From Bdellovibrionales bacterium (GTDB taxonomy: Bacteria > Bdellovibrionota > Bdellovibrionia > Bdellovibrionales > JAGQZY01), in NCBI GenBank assembly GCA_964230645.1, contig CAXRHT010000001.1, positions 800,001 to 864,000 on the forward strand: a stretch of 64,000 nucleotides of DNA, in the 5' to 3' direction. The notes beneath the pieces are model-generated. The model searched no databases. It had not been told where the DNA came from and saw only the letters and a list, made by a program, of their open reading frames with translations. Shown piece by piece: positions 49,092-59,225 of this stretch. Made by a program: the position numbers and the translations under genes. Within the stretch, counting starts at the first letter, position 1; each line of letters begins with the position of its first letter.

Positions 49092-49359
49092 TTTTTTCGT
49101 TCATTACAAAGTCAACGATTGTCGAGATCGACTGAAAAGCCTCTTTGCCCTTTTCAGCATTAGGAACCTTAACATCGTATTTGTTTTCGATGGCCACAAT
49201 AATTTCTAGGATATCCACAGAATCAAGACCGAGTCCATCTTGGTAGAGAGAGGCATCATCCTTAATGGAGTCCACAGTAAGGTGTTGCAAATTGACAGCT
49301 TCAATAATTAAGCTTTTCACGTCTTCTGACAATTTTTCTCTATCCATAACAAACTCCAT
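49075..49359 (-). CDS. Acyl carrier protein
   Basis: GLGLDSVDILE phosphopantetheine site. Confidence 0.92.
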   Translation of the reverse strand: MEFVMDREKLSEDVKSLIIEAVNLQHLTVDSIKDDASLYQDGLGLDSVDILEIIVAIENKYDVKVPNAEKGKEAFQSISTIVDFVMNEKSGTSH

Positions 49360-49397
49360 TCGACCTCAAAGAGCAGTCGTGATATTTACCTTGAAAT

Positions 49398-50096
49398 ATG
49401 AGACTCGTCAGCACTGGGCCCCTAATGCAGCACATTAAGCAGAGGCAATCAGGCCTATTTCCATGGAGGATAGGCTTTCAAGGTTCTATCAATTTACAAT
49501 CTCAGCTTATCAATTGCCGAACCAACAGTTTCATCCTCTCATCACTTATCTTACTGATTCAGGCTTTCAGTTTCTCGGGACATTGCGAAATAAGCCAAGC
49601 GGCCAGAGACTCCTTAAAACCCCTTCAAAATATCAATCGCCTCAAAGCTAATTTTACCCAAACTCGCCATGTCAGTAAATGGCAGACAGACGTGAAGACA
49701 AGCGGAAAATTTCAATTTAGTAGAATGCCCCATAAATCGGTTCTGTGGGAAATTCTCGATCCCAGTTATATGGCTGTGCGGATGGATGACAATGGGCTTT
49801 TCCTTAAATCCGGTAAAAACTCGACCTGGAAATCCATTAAAAGTGAGCGCATGGCAGAACAGATGAGAAACATTTTCTCTTGGCTCTCCTTTGACCTTGC
49901 TGCCATGGAAAAATCTTTTCACATAAAAAACCATAAAAACAATGAGTTTATCCTTTCTCCCAAACAAGATGACTCTCATTTTGAGCACATGCATCTTTTT
50001 CTCAATCCCGACAACCTTGTCGAAAAAATTAGACTGAACGAGAAAAACGGCGATTACATCTTGATTGAATTTAGCACCTCTCAGGTCCAGAGATGA
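49398..50096 (+). CDS. LolA-like outer-membrane lipoprotein carrier (start uncertain)
   Basis: LKANFTQTR...SGKF...WEI..P, LNEKNGD...IEF; typical APE-cluster component. Confidence 0.75.
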   Translation: MRLVSTGPLMQHIKQRQSGLFPWRIGFQGSINLQSQLINCRTNSFILSSLILLIQAFSFSGHCEISQAARDSLKPLQNINRLKANFTQTRHVSKWQTDVKTSGKFQFSRMPHKSVLWEILDPSYMAVRMDDNGLFLKSGKNSTWKSIKSERMAEQMRNIFSWLSFDLAAMEKSFHIKNHKNNEFILSPKQDDSHFEHMHLFLNPDNLVEKIRLNEKNGDYILIEFSTSQVQR

Positions 50097-52246
50097 AAGA
50101 CCTCCGCTCACAATTTGAATTCTCAAGGTTCAACTGCGCACGCAGACTTTTCCCTAGACTATTTGTTTTGACCTTTCTTTTTCTCATCTTTTCACCGGCA
50201 AATGCGAAGGTAACAAGCTCCAATAAGATTTTTTTCCCTGCAAAAGAGGGACGTCCTCTTTTAGAGCTACAGAAAACTCCAGTGACCTGGTGGAACTTTC
50301 TTTTTTACGATTCATCAAAGATTCAGCGCTCTAAAGTGTGTGACCTTTTATCTGGCCTAGATAAAGAGTCCATTCTTTTCAACCCCTGCGGAAACTTACC
50401 CGTTAATCAGCAGTGGTTAAATAGATGGTCAAAAGAAAATCTCCTTCACTCCCCTCCTCCTCAAAGTCTTAGGGATGTTGAAAAAAAATTAAATCATGCC
50501 CTAGTTCAGCTGAGTCTCCCTCTTCCCACCGGGCAGCTTGAAATTTTACGCACAAATCCTTTGGCTGATTTTTCAAAATTAGAAGCTGTTTTTTCGCGTT
50601 TTTTTGAAACCTCGGAACCTTCTACTGACAAATGGAAGGCGATTCCGATCCTTTTTCACTTCCCTCCGTCAAAAGTGAGCAAAACGGAGAACCTGCTTAA
50701 ATCTTTTCCCACCGACTCTTCTCATTTTCATTGGGTCGGTCCCCATATTGGAACCTATGAGAATCAGCAAACTATCATTAAAGATGTAAAAAAAGTTTTA
50801 ACGACCGGGACTCTCCTTTTAGGACTCTTATTTCTCTTTTTAATTTTACGAGGTCGGGTCGCCTATTTACTACTAATCCCTATTCTTGGTATCTCCTGTC
50901 TTTTTGCCTACCTAGTTGTGCACTGGGCTTGGGGCTCAATTCATGGGCTCACTTTGGCTTTTGGAAGTGGACTGATAGGCATCTCCATGGACTACGCTTT
51001 TCATGGCTGGAAAACTAATCATGATCACTTTCTATGGAAGACTAATAGTATCGGTTTTACGACAACCTTTGGTGCCTTTTTGCTATTAACCTTTTTTTCC
51101 ATACCATTAATTAGGCAGATTAGTTTTTTTACCTCTACAGGTCTTGCCTGTGCCTTTATTCTCAGTTTTTCTCTGTCTCGCCTCATGAGCACACGATGGA
51201 AAATTGCTCCCCTTAATGTGCCCCGCTTTAATATCTCAAAAACAATTCGGTTGAGCCTTCTCGGCTTATTCCTACTTTTAGCTGTCTTTAAAATCCCTGG
51301 TTTTCACTATGACTTTGCATTGAAAAAAATGGATCACTCAATATCTCTAAGGCCAGAAGGGGTCAGCGATGAGGATCTCTTTAATGACTCCTCCAGGCTC
51401 GGCTTTCTCCCTGTCCAAGCCAACAGGCAAGAGGAGATCATTTCTTGGGGGCGAAATGAGAATCTATCCCTGCTTGGCTCTCATTCACTCTTTACAACAA
51501 GACACTCTGAAGATAGCTTACAAAAGTGGATTCAGTGGAGTTGCCCACCGGGCCAGGGAATCAAGGCACTTGATAATCCCACCTTCCAAAAGATTTTTCG
51601 TGAGTTTTATTCTTTTCTATCTTGCGAAAATCTTCAGACCTACCGTTTGAACGATTGGAAATCTTCTCTCAATCTATTTAAAAACCAAAATCAAGAACTT
51701 CTCATAGTAAAAGCCAACAACAAAAATCAGTATGACAAAATAAAAGATCGCTGGCCACAAAGCTTCTTCGTTTCGGATTTCACAAAAAACTTTTCTAAAA
51801 GTATGGAAAAAGACACGATTCAATATTTGATTATCATTTTTCTTTTTGTCTCATCGCTGCTCCTAATTGTTTTTCAAAAAAGATTCCCACTTGTTATCTT
51901 ACCAACTTTGGGAGCCGTCTTAGGTCTTATTCTTCTGGTAGGCTTCTCTGGCCGCCCTGCCACTTTTATGACCTTTATGGGCTTATTAATATTACTAGGA
52001 CTAACTCTTGATTACGGCATTTTTTGTACCGCTTTTTTAAAAAGACGAAAACCACTCGATGATGTTTTTGGTGCTGTCAGCCTCTCGGCACTCACCTCGA
52101 TATGTGGCTTTGCGCCTCTGGCCTTCTGCACCCATCCTGTTTTACGCGACCTAGGAGGATCAATTATCTTTGGACTTATGGGAGCCTGTTTTGTTACATT
52201 CATAGCCTACCCTCTGTTTGAAGTCTCTGGGGGTAAAAAGTCATGA
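50093..52246 (+). CDS. MMPL/RND-family exporter
   Basis: Two TM bundles with GISMDYAFH and GLTLDYGIF; HPVLRDLG. Confidence 0.85.
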   Translation: MKDLRSQFEFSRFNCARRLFPRLFVLTFLFLIFSPANAKVTSSNKIFFPAKEGRPLLELQKTPVTWWNFLFYDSSKIQRSKVCDLLSGLDKESILFNPCGNLPVNQQWLNRWSKENLLHSPPPQSLRDVEKKLNHALVQLSLPLPTGQLEILRTNPLADFSKLEAVFSRFFETSEPSTDKWKAIPILFHFPPSKVSKTENLLKSFPTDSSHFHWVGPHIGTYENQQTIIKDVKKVLTTGTLLLGLLFLFLILRGRVAYLLLIPILGISCLFAYLVVHWAWGSIHGLTLAFGSGLIGISMDYAFHGWKTNHDHFLWKTNSIGFTTTFGAFLLLTFFSIPLIRQISFFTSTGLACAFILSFSLSRLMSTRWKIAPLNVPRFNISKTIRLSLLGLFLLLAVFKIPGFHYDFALKKMDHSISLRPEGVSDEDLFNDSSRLGFLPVQANRQEEIISWGRNENLSLLGSHSLFTTRHSEDSLQKWIQWSCPPGQGIKALDNPTFQKIFREFYSFLSCENLQTYRLNDWKSSLNLFKNQNQELLIVKANNKNQYDKIKDRWPQSFFVSDFTKNFSKSMEKDTIQYLIIIFLFVSSLLLIVFQKRFPLVILPTLGAVLGLILLVGFSGRPATFMTFMGLLILLGLTLDYGIFCTAFLKRRKPLDDVFGAVSLSALTSICGFAPLAFCTHPVLRDLGGSIIFGLMGACFVTFIAYPLFEVSGGKKS

Positions 52247-53835
52247 TGAAAAAACTTTTTCTTTTTTCTTTTGCGTTCCTAGTCTCAGTTTTTTTTCTTT
52301 TAATCTATATTGGCAATGTCACCCCTCCCAATATTAAGGAAAAACCTCTCACCATTGAGGAGATCAAAAAGACATCTCAGTTCTTTCCTAAAAAAGACTG
52401 GCAAGTGCATAATGTTTTTTTGACAGGCAACGCTTTTGAGCGAGGGCAACAGTATGCCTATTGGACCCAAGACCTTTTATTCAAACAAGAAAGATCCCTT
52501 TTAAAAAAATTAGACGAGATCTTTCCTTGGACTCCCACTCAGTACGGTATCGCATTTTTCTCAATGGCGTGGTTTCAAGGACTCGAAAACTATTTGAAAG
52601 CCAATTGGCTCGAAGAGATGTATGGCGTTTCTCTTTTCGGTTCAAAAGAGAGAATCTTCTTTGCCACTCCTTTCACTAGACAGATTGCCTACCATGGAAT
52701 TCACGATATGGGACAAATGATGATCGATCAGGGTTTTGTCTTAGGGGCATGTAGCCAGATTGCTATTCCTCAAGACGAAGGGTGGCTTATTGGTCGCAAT
52801 TTCGATTTCGAAGCAGGGCGAGTTTTCGATGAAGATAAAGTGATGAAATGGGTTTTTCCCGATAAAGGTGAGGCCTTTGTTTCGGTGGTTTTCTCAGGAA
52901 TGGTTGGAGTAATCACAGGTATCAATCAAAAAGGGGTCTATGTAGCCATAAACGCCGCTGGAAGCAGTGACTTCACTCGAGTGGGAACACCAACAACCCT
53001 CATTGCACTTGATGCTTTACAGAACGCCCAGTCCGCTACTGAGGCCGTCGAAATTATTAAAAAAGCTCACTCATTGATCACTGAAATCTTTGTGGTGGCT
53101 GACAAAAAATCGATGGTTTACATTGTCGAAAAAACTCCGGAGAGAGTCAGAGTTCTTAAAAAGCAAACAGCTCAGGCCATCACTAACCACTTACAGCATC
53201 CCGACTTCAAAGAGGATGAAATCAATCAGCGTCGCATGAAAAATAACACCACCCTTGTTCGACAAGAGCAAATCTGGAGTGAAATAGACTCTATAAAAGA
53301 TGAGTTTTCTATGGCTCAAGCTCTTAGAACAAAGTTTAGGCTAGAAGGAGAGGAAGTCTTGGGCCACAGGAGCAGTGTTGATGCACTTATAGCCAGTCAC
53401 TCTGTGGTTTATAATTCTAAAAGGCAAAGGCTTTACGTTTCTGAAGGACCTTCCCTAAAAAACCGTTTCATTGGCTTTGATTTAAAAGAATCCTTTCAAC
53501 AAAAGAGTCCGGTACTTATCGATCCCCTCCCCCAGGATCCAGACTTAATGGGTTTTAATTATTACCAGCTTCGAGGACAAATAAGTGACCTCAACGAAAT
53601 TAGAGATGTCGCTCAAAGCGGAGACTGTGAGACCGCCGGGGATTTATTTGCTGAAATCAATCCCACTTTGTTTGCTAACCACTACTCATTTTACTGGAGC
53701 CGAGCCGAGATAGAACTCTGCCGCAAAGACAAAGCCCGAGCCCTTAGGTACTTTTTAAAGGCTAGAAAACTTGAACCCGCCTACCTGCATGAAAAGGAGC
53801 ATATCAATGAGAACATCGCAAACCTTAAGGATTAG
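52243..53835 (+). CDS. C45-family autoproteolytic acyltransferase/hydrolase with TPR-like tail
   Basis: HDMG, GACS (Ntn Cys nucleophile), GRNFDF, TNH. Confidence 0.85.
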   Translation: MMKKLFLFSFAFLVSVFFLLIYIGNVTPPNIKEKPLTIEEIKKTSQFFPKKDWQVHNVFLTGNAFERGQQYAYWTQDLLFKQERSLLKKLDEIFPWTPTQYGIAFFSMAWFQGLENYLKANWLEEMYGVSLFGSKERIFFATPFTRQIAYHGIHDMGQMMIDQGFVLGACSQIAIPQDEGWLIGRNFDFEAGRVFDEDKVMKWVFPDKGEAFVSVVFSGMVGVITGINQKGVYVAINAAGSSDFTRVGTPTTLIALDALQNAQSATEAVEIIKKAHSLITEIFVVADKKSMVYIVEKTPERVRVLKKQTAQAITNHLQHPDFKEDEINQRRMKNNTTLVRQEQIWSEIDSIKDEFSMAQALRTKFRLEGEEVLGHRSSVDALIASHSVVYNSKRQRLYVSEGPSLKNRFIGFDLKESFQQKSPVLIDPLPQDPDLMGFNYYQLRGQISDLNEIRDVAQSGDCETAGDLFAEINPTLFANHYSFYWSRAEIELCRKDKARALRYFLKARKLEPAYLHEKEHINENIANLKD

Positions 53836-54394
53836 TAGGCTCATTCTTACTATCGCTACTATGGTTGTATTAGCCAACTGTGTGAGCAAAACAAAAGCCC
53901 CAAAACCCGACAGTCATCGATTGTTCCCCAATGGTATTTATTCACAAAGTGTTTACCTGAACATTGAAAAAAGCAATGGCGAGTTGATTAACTTTCCCTT
54001 TAGAAGCCTCTCAAAAATTGAACACAAACAATTTGAAATTATAGGACTGACCCCCTTTGGAACAAAAGCTTTTGAGGCTAAAGGAGACCTTGATCAACCT
54101 GAAGCCATCACAATCGAATTTTTTATAAAAAAACCAAAATTTCTAAAGGATCAATTGATTAAAAATACTCTGACCACAATTCAAGCCATTCAAAATTTAA
54201 ACCGAAAAGAGCTTGTGAGAAATGGCCCGGCCGACCAATTTGACGGAAACGACTTTCTCTTAGAGATTTTTGACTACTCGCAAGGAGATATTCCCCAAAC
54301 CCTTCGATTAACGACCAACACCTGGAAAGCGGATATCAAACTCTTGTCCTATAAAAAATTAGAATCTGGGACGTCTGAAGACGATATTCAGTAA
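53771..54394 (+). CDS. Lipoprotein (DUF3261-like; true start probably downstream)
   Basis: Lipobox LANC; GLTPFGTKAF motif; position in the BGC operon. Confidence 0.55.
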   Translation: MNPPTCMKRSISMRTSQTLRISRLILTIATMVVLANCVSKTKAPKPDSHRLFPNGIYSQSVYLNIEKSNGELINFPFRSLSKIEHKQFEIIGLTPFGTKAFEAKGDLDQPEAITIEFFIKKPKFLKDQLIKNTLTTIQAIQNLNRKELVRNGPADQFDGNDFLLEIFDYSQGDIPQTLRLTTNTWKADIKLLSYKKLESGTSEDDIQ

Positions 54395-54667
54395 AAAAAT
54401 CAAAAAAATACGAAACTTCGCGTAACCGTCACCCACGTACACCAAAGCCCATGACGTTTTGATGACGCTCTTTCCACATCTTTTGAGAACCACGAAGGCT
54501 AAGAGCTTATTAAATTGAATCTCAACCTTCACCAACCCCTTTATGACGCCAGCAATGAAAGAATGAATTCCACACACAGGGATCTTAGGTGGTCCTTGGA
54601 TCAAAAATTATTTAGGTTCCCTCTCAAGCGTAAACAACAAACAAACATCTAAAACGGAGGGTTTTAA

Positions 54668-55105
54668 ATGAAAACATTAATCTTTTTAGCAACAATCTTT
54701 GCTTCTACAATCGTAATGGCTGGAAATTATGAAGTTTATGGAAGAATTCACTTTCAAAAAGCTTCAACTTGGGTTCCTGCTAACAAAGTATGCCAACAAG
54801 GCGGATACCTTTACCACAAAACTAAAGACTATGTGACTAACTACTGCACCGAGCGCGATAAAGCAGAAGGCTGTGAAGCCAATCCTGTGGCACTTGTTCA
54901 ACCAATGATGAGCTCTAAAACAGTTTGTGTTGAGAGCAACAGATCCACTTGCACGAAGTCAGCTGTACGTCCTTACAACCAAGGAACTGTCACTGTAAAA
55001 GTTTTTGCTAGCCAAGCGGCTTGGGAAAACGACCAGTATCCAGTTGATACTTACAAGTACACAGTAGATTCTTGTGGATCTGCTCCTGGTGTACCTGCCA
55101 ACTAA
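54668..55105 (+). CDS. Secreted Cys-rich hypothetical protein
   Basis: GGAGG RBS, signal peptide, 6 Cys, own terminator. Confidence 0.8.
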   Translation: MKTLIFLATIFASTIVMAGNYEVYGRIHFQKASTWVPANKVCQQGGYLYHKTKDYVTNYCTERDKAEGCEANPVALVQPMMSSKTVCVESNRSTCTKSAVRPYNQGTVTVKVFASQAAWENDQYPVDTYKYTVDSCGSAPGVPAN

Positions 55106-55161
55106 TATTGACCTTAAGACCATATGGAAAAAATTATCTTCCTAACTGGTATTGTTTTGCT

Positions 55162-55193
55162 AGCCACAGTCTCCTTGAGACTGTGGTTTTTTT
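55162..55193 (+). terminator. Rho-independent terminator
   Basis: AGCCACAGTCTC-CTT-GAGACTGTGG followed by T7. Confidence 0.8.
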
Positions 55194-55306
55194 ACGTTGA
55201 GTACTAAAAAAAGGTGATTTCGAGGTGTAAACACTTCAAAACAGGGCGAATTCGTTGAGATTCTGCAAGGGAAATCCTAGAAATTAAACCTCTCAAAGGG
55301 ACAAAC

Positions 55307-56080
55307 ATGTGGGCACTTTTTCTCATTTTAAACATTATTAATCCGGCATGGGCTTTTCCTAAAAATATTGAAGTCGTAGAAAACGTTGTTATTGGTCGTG
55401 AGATCAGTGTTCCTGGAGACCGCTTATGTCACGATGGCGTCCATATTTATTTCCGCTCACAAGAAGACTGCCAAAAAACCAATATTGAGCATAGCTGTCG
55501 GAGCCAATTCATCGCACCTATCAGGCAAGCCGAAGTGATCTCCATTGATGAGAACAAAAAGATTTATCGATTTTTCGATGTGCCGAAAAGTTACGAAGTG
55601 AGAACCTATAACCCTGACGAGCGCGGTTATTTTGATCTCGTAGCACGGCAGACCCACTCCATTCCTTTTTGCTCAGGTGCTGAGCCCCGCGAACCAGTGA
55701 TCGTCTTTGAGCAAAGAGAAGGAACTCCAGAGGAACTGCCTTTTCTACAGAGACTTTTCAACTTTGGTGTGACTGTCATCAATACGGGCTTTGGGCCATT
55801 AAAAAGTCTTCATATGTTAAATCAAGAGAGTCACGAACTGGATTTTATCGACTATCGCTATCACACCAATATTCGTAGTCCTCTTTGTGTCGACGACCCC
55901 ATTCATGAAAATTTGATCCAACAAATTTCCGGAGAGTACAGTGGCGGAGGCGTTCGCTTTTTCAATATCAATCTACTTCAAAATATCTCTGGAGAGATCA
56001 TTCTCCCTACAAATCAAGATGTTTTAGAAACAAATCCTGAAGACTACCTTCTCGATTGCCTACCCTCGGTGAGCCTATGA
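55307..56080 (+). CDS. Secreted hypothetical protein; N-terminal domain resembles 54668..55105
   Basis: Signal peptide ending AWA; VPGDRLCHDG..IY...C...C...C pattern. Confidence 0.75.
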   Translation: MWALFLILNIINPAWAFPKNIEVVENVVIGREISVPGDRLCHDGVHIYFRSQEDCQKTNIEHSCRSQFIAPIRQAEVISIDENKKIYRFFDVPKSYEVRTYNPDERGYFDLVARQTHSIPFCSGAEPREPVIVFEQREGTPEELPFLQRLFNFGVTVINTGFGPLKSLHMLNQESHELDFIDYRYHTNIRSPLCVDDPIHENLIQQISGEYSGGGVRFFNINLLQNISGEIILPTNQDVLETNPEDYLLDCLPSVSL

Positions 56081-56889
56081 TAGACACTCAACGGGCAGGT
56101 AAAAAAATATGTGAAAACTCAGCTTTTGACTCTGTGGTTGAACATCTAAAGTTTGTCATTTCGACCTATCTGGAAGAAAAACCTCATATGAGCCTTGGAG
56201 CCATTAGCAAAAAATGCTCTGTTAGCGAGCCCACTTTGCGCAGGATCATGAAGGGACAAATAAAAACTTTCCCAACAGTCACAACAGTGCTCGACATACT
56301 CACTTATGTAACCAATGAAAAGAAAACCTCAAAAATAATCTCTCTCTACCCAGGCCCCATCGCAGATTTTCTCAAAGAGATGGCCCCTTACGTGGAAGAC
56401 ACTCAAACCGATTACAGTGTTGAAATTAACCAAGAACTCAAACAACCCGTTAAATATTTAATTTACAAACTGGCTTCAAACTCAGCGGGTGTGACCAGAC
56501 AAAAAGTCAGCGACCTTTTCGGTGCCCACGGTTTAAAAAGTTTGGATTCACTCCAAGATAAGGCTTATATCGAAGAACGCGCCGGTAAGTACTTTAGTAC
56601 CTCAAAAAGCTTCACTTCCAGTCACGAAAACTTTGTGGAAAATTTCAAAACAGTCTCAGAGTTTCTAAAACCCGACAAACTCTCCCCAAGAAGCCGCCTC
56701 AATCCCCTCTTCAGAAACTTCTCAAACTCAGTCTCCCCGGAAGCCTTCGAAGAAATCCTAAAACTCCAAAAAAAGACCATGGCCCGTATAGCCCAAATCA
56801 TGACCAACGAAGAAAACCAAGGCGAAATCCCCCTCTTCCTACTACTAGCCATAGACACCCTAGACACAAAACCCCCCTCAGAATTCTAA
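56077..56889 (+). CDS. HTH protein, TIGR02147/DUF4423-like (Bdellovibrio-expanded regulator family)
   Basis: KPHMSLGAISKKCSVSEPTLRRIMKG HTH; C-terminal VSPEAFEEI..L segment; ATG 56077 overlaps the upstream TGA. Confidence 0.65.
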   Translation: MIDTQRAGKKICENSAFDSVVEHLKFVISTYLEEKPHMSLGAISKKCSVSEPTLRRIMKGQIKTFPTVTTVLDILTYVTNEKKTSKIISLYPGPIADFLKEMAPYVEDTQTDYSVEINQELKQPVKYLIYKLASNSAGVTRQKVSDLFGAHGLKSLDSLQDKAYIEERAGKYFSTSKSFTSSHENFVENFKTVSEFLKPDKLSPRSRLNPLFRNFSNSVSPEAFEEILKLQKKTMARIAQIMTNEENQGEIPLFLLLAIDTLDTKPPSEF

Positions 56890-56921
56890 ATAAAGAGCTC
56901 TTCCCACTACAAATGTAGTCT

Positions 56922-57085
56922 CCATTGCCTGGCTTGCGAGAGCCGAGGGGCTTGTCCCAAAGGCTCGAGCCGCGAGCGTTGCGTATCTTGGGTTGCGCCC
57001 AGAAGTGGGGCAATCCCGGAGACGAAATGCACCCGTCGGCATGCCTTGGGGACAAGCCCCTCGGCTCTCGCAAGCCAGGCAATGG
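56922..57085 (+). repeat. Long palindromic element, copy B (43-bp arms around a 78-nt core)
   Basis: Arms 56922-56964 and 57043-57085 complementary at 42/43; core homologous to copy A. Confidence 0.9.
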
Positions 57086-57091
57086 CCCGAT

Positions 57092-59065
57092 CTACATACT
57101 ATAACGATTGGGTAAACAGAGCGAACCATCAGGCCGCGTCGGCCGACGCGAAAAAAAGTTATAATGATTGAACCACTGCTTAGGATGTTGCTCGATTGTT
57201 TTCTCAACAAAATGAATATACTCCATCATAGCCTCGTAAACACTCAAGGTTCTCATATCCAGAGTTTTGGCAGCCAGTCCGTAGTTTTGCCCCTCTTCTT
57301 TAAAACCAAGAACGAAACTTAGTTGTACTTTATAAGTCTTTGCCAAACGAAAGGGCGTGGAAGGAAAAGGAGCGAGCTTTCCCATAAAAGGAAGAAGTTC
57401 AAAGTTATTGTCAAAGGGGCGATCTCCCATCAGAGCCATGTCATGGCTGTTAGAGAGGATGTCATGAATACCCATATAAATAGGCTCACCGGGCTCGAAA
57501 TAAAGAGTTTTTAAATTTTCTGAGGGACTTTCTTTTACCACCGATTCCGTTGATATTTTACTTGAGCGGTAGCGTACTAGATAAATCGTGCGATCAAAGC
57601 CTTTGCGACTGAAGCCTTGAGCGGTTAGCCCCCAACCTCCAAAATGAGAGAAAATAAGAATTTGAGAACTATTTTCCACAATTTTTTTAAGAGGCTCTCC
57701 TTCTCTGTAAGTGAGATCAAATTTTAATTCTTTGAACATGGCTTGATAAACTTGATCGACTAAGACTTGAGCAAATCGATAAAGATGCTGAATAATGCGA
57801 ACCTGAAGGCGTGTCCATCCAATGCCCGGTTCAATGATTCGATAGTATTCCGAAAGTCCGCGACGGGCTTTGGGTGCAAAAAGATAAAAATAAGGCACGA
57901 TCATATACAAAAAGAAATAGGCCATAGGAAGTCCACCGAATTTAATAATTCGTCCCATGGTCCAATGAGCCCACTTCGAGCCTCTCATATTTCCTGACCA
58001 GTTAATTTTTGATTTTTTCTCGGTCATTTGAACTTTGTACCAAAATCCACCTAGGAGAATAGCAAGCCCTCCCCCTACAATAAGGGAGCCAAGTAACCAG
58101 GAGGTGAAATGATTTTGAGCCACCTCCATCCATTTTCCTTCAAAATTAAATTTATGCCCCGTGATTTTAAAACCCACAAAAAGCTGCAATGGGACTAGTA
58201 ATGTATAAATGGGGGGAAGAGAAACTTGTGATCCTAAAAACGCAATAGGAAAACTCAACCGAAAGATAAACGCACAAGTAATAATTAAAAATGTCTGCAA
58301 ACCATAAAAAGGGGTGCAGGCAATAAAAACACCCATCGCAAGTGACAATGACGAGTGCAGGGGCCTTGTGCTGTTATGTAAACTTGTAAGGGCTATCAAC
58401 CACCAATCATAAAATGATTTTTTCCAACCCAGAAGTTCATTTTTCGTGCGAGTCTGCTCAGGATAGTCCACCGGGAGACTGACCTCTTCACACTCACCAC
58501 TAAGGCAGTGGATAAGAAGTTTTTCATGCAAATAATGATCGTTTTTTTTAAATTTTTTATCTTGAATATAGAAAATAGGATAAATCACAATTTCTGAATT
58601 GAGGTTGCGATAATCTTTTTCTCCAAGGTCCAAGAGCCGCTGCATAAAAGCGTTGTTGCGATGAGTTTGTCTTTTCCGAGGGACTAGCGCGATACGAGCC
58701 CAGGGGTTTGCGAGAATCAATTCTTTGCTTCTTTTAAGCTCACTGATAATAGGTCCCGAGAATCGATTCACATGAATAAGATGAGTCCAACCTTTCTTGC
58801 CACAGGTTTCGACACAATGTGAAAAAGCCGAGGTCTCATGCTCTGTTTCATCGGAGATAATTTGCACTTGGTCAGGGGCAAACACCTGCAGAATCGCCTG
58901 AGGATCCTGGCAAAGTTGGAGTTCGTGAGCATCGATGAGGACTGGTATTTTTAGCTCTGAAAGGGCTTTTAACGCCTCCAGGTCTTCAAGATGCCACTCA
59001 GTAATGAAGAGTACGGGTCTCAAATCCACGGTCTTACTAATATCCTTGCGTGCGCATTGAGTCAT
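57092..59065 (-). CDS. Fusion: degenerate GT2-like domain, DUF2062, LpxL-like acyltransferase
   Basis: SLAMGVFIACTPFYGLQT (DUF2062); SHFGGW, MGDR, PKQWFNHYNFF (lipid A acyltransferase-like). Confidence 0.8.
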   Translation of the reverse strand: MTQCARKDISKTVDLRPVLFITEWHLEDLEALKALSELKIPVLIDAHELQLCQDPQAILQVFAPDQVQIISDETEHETSAFSHCVETCGKKGWTHLIHVNRFSGPIISELKRSKELILANPWARIALVPRKRQTHRNNAFMQRLLDLGEKDYRNLNSEIVIYPIFYIQDKKFKKNDHYLHEKLLIHCLSGECEEVSLPVDYPEQTRTKNELLGWKKSFYDWWLIALTSLHNSTRPLHSSLSLAMGVFIACTPFYGLQTFLIITCAFIFRLSFPIAFLGSQVSLPPIYTLLVPLQLFVGFKITGHKFNFEGKWMEVAQNHFTSWLLGSLIVGGGLAILLGGFWYKVQMTEKKSKINWSGNMRGSKWAHWTMGRIIKFGGLPMAYFFLYMIVPYFYLFAPKARRGLSEYYRIIEPGIGWTRLQVRIIQHLYRFAQVLVDQVYQAMFKELKFDLTYREGEPLKKIVENSSQILIFSHFGGWGLTAQGFSRKGFDRTIYLVRYRSSKISTESVVKESPSENLKTLYFEPGEPIYMGIHDILSNSHDMALMGDRPFDNNFELLPFMGKLAPFPSTPFRLAKTYKVQLSFVLGFKEEGQNYGLAAKTLDMRTLSVYEAMMEYIHFVEKTIEQHPKQWFNHYNFFSRRPTRPDGSLCLPNRYSM

Positions 59066-59225
59066 TCATTCTATATGATTGTCACCGGGTTGTCTCATGA
59101 TATTTTTACGGACTTCACTCTGATGCGGAAATTTTTCTGTTCAAAAAGTCGGCTGTTTTTTTGAATGGCCCTTTTTTATTCGGCAGGTTATTGCCAAATC
59201 AGAGGTAAAAAAGGATCAGAATGTA

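Noticed and set aside
55124..55207. 27-aa hydrophobic small ORF (MEKIIFLTGIVLLATVSLRLWFFYVEY)
   Set aside because: No RBS, and it overlaps the terminator hairpin; cannot be supported without Ribo-seq.
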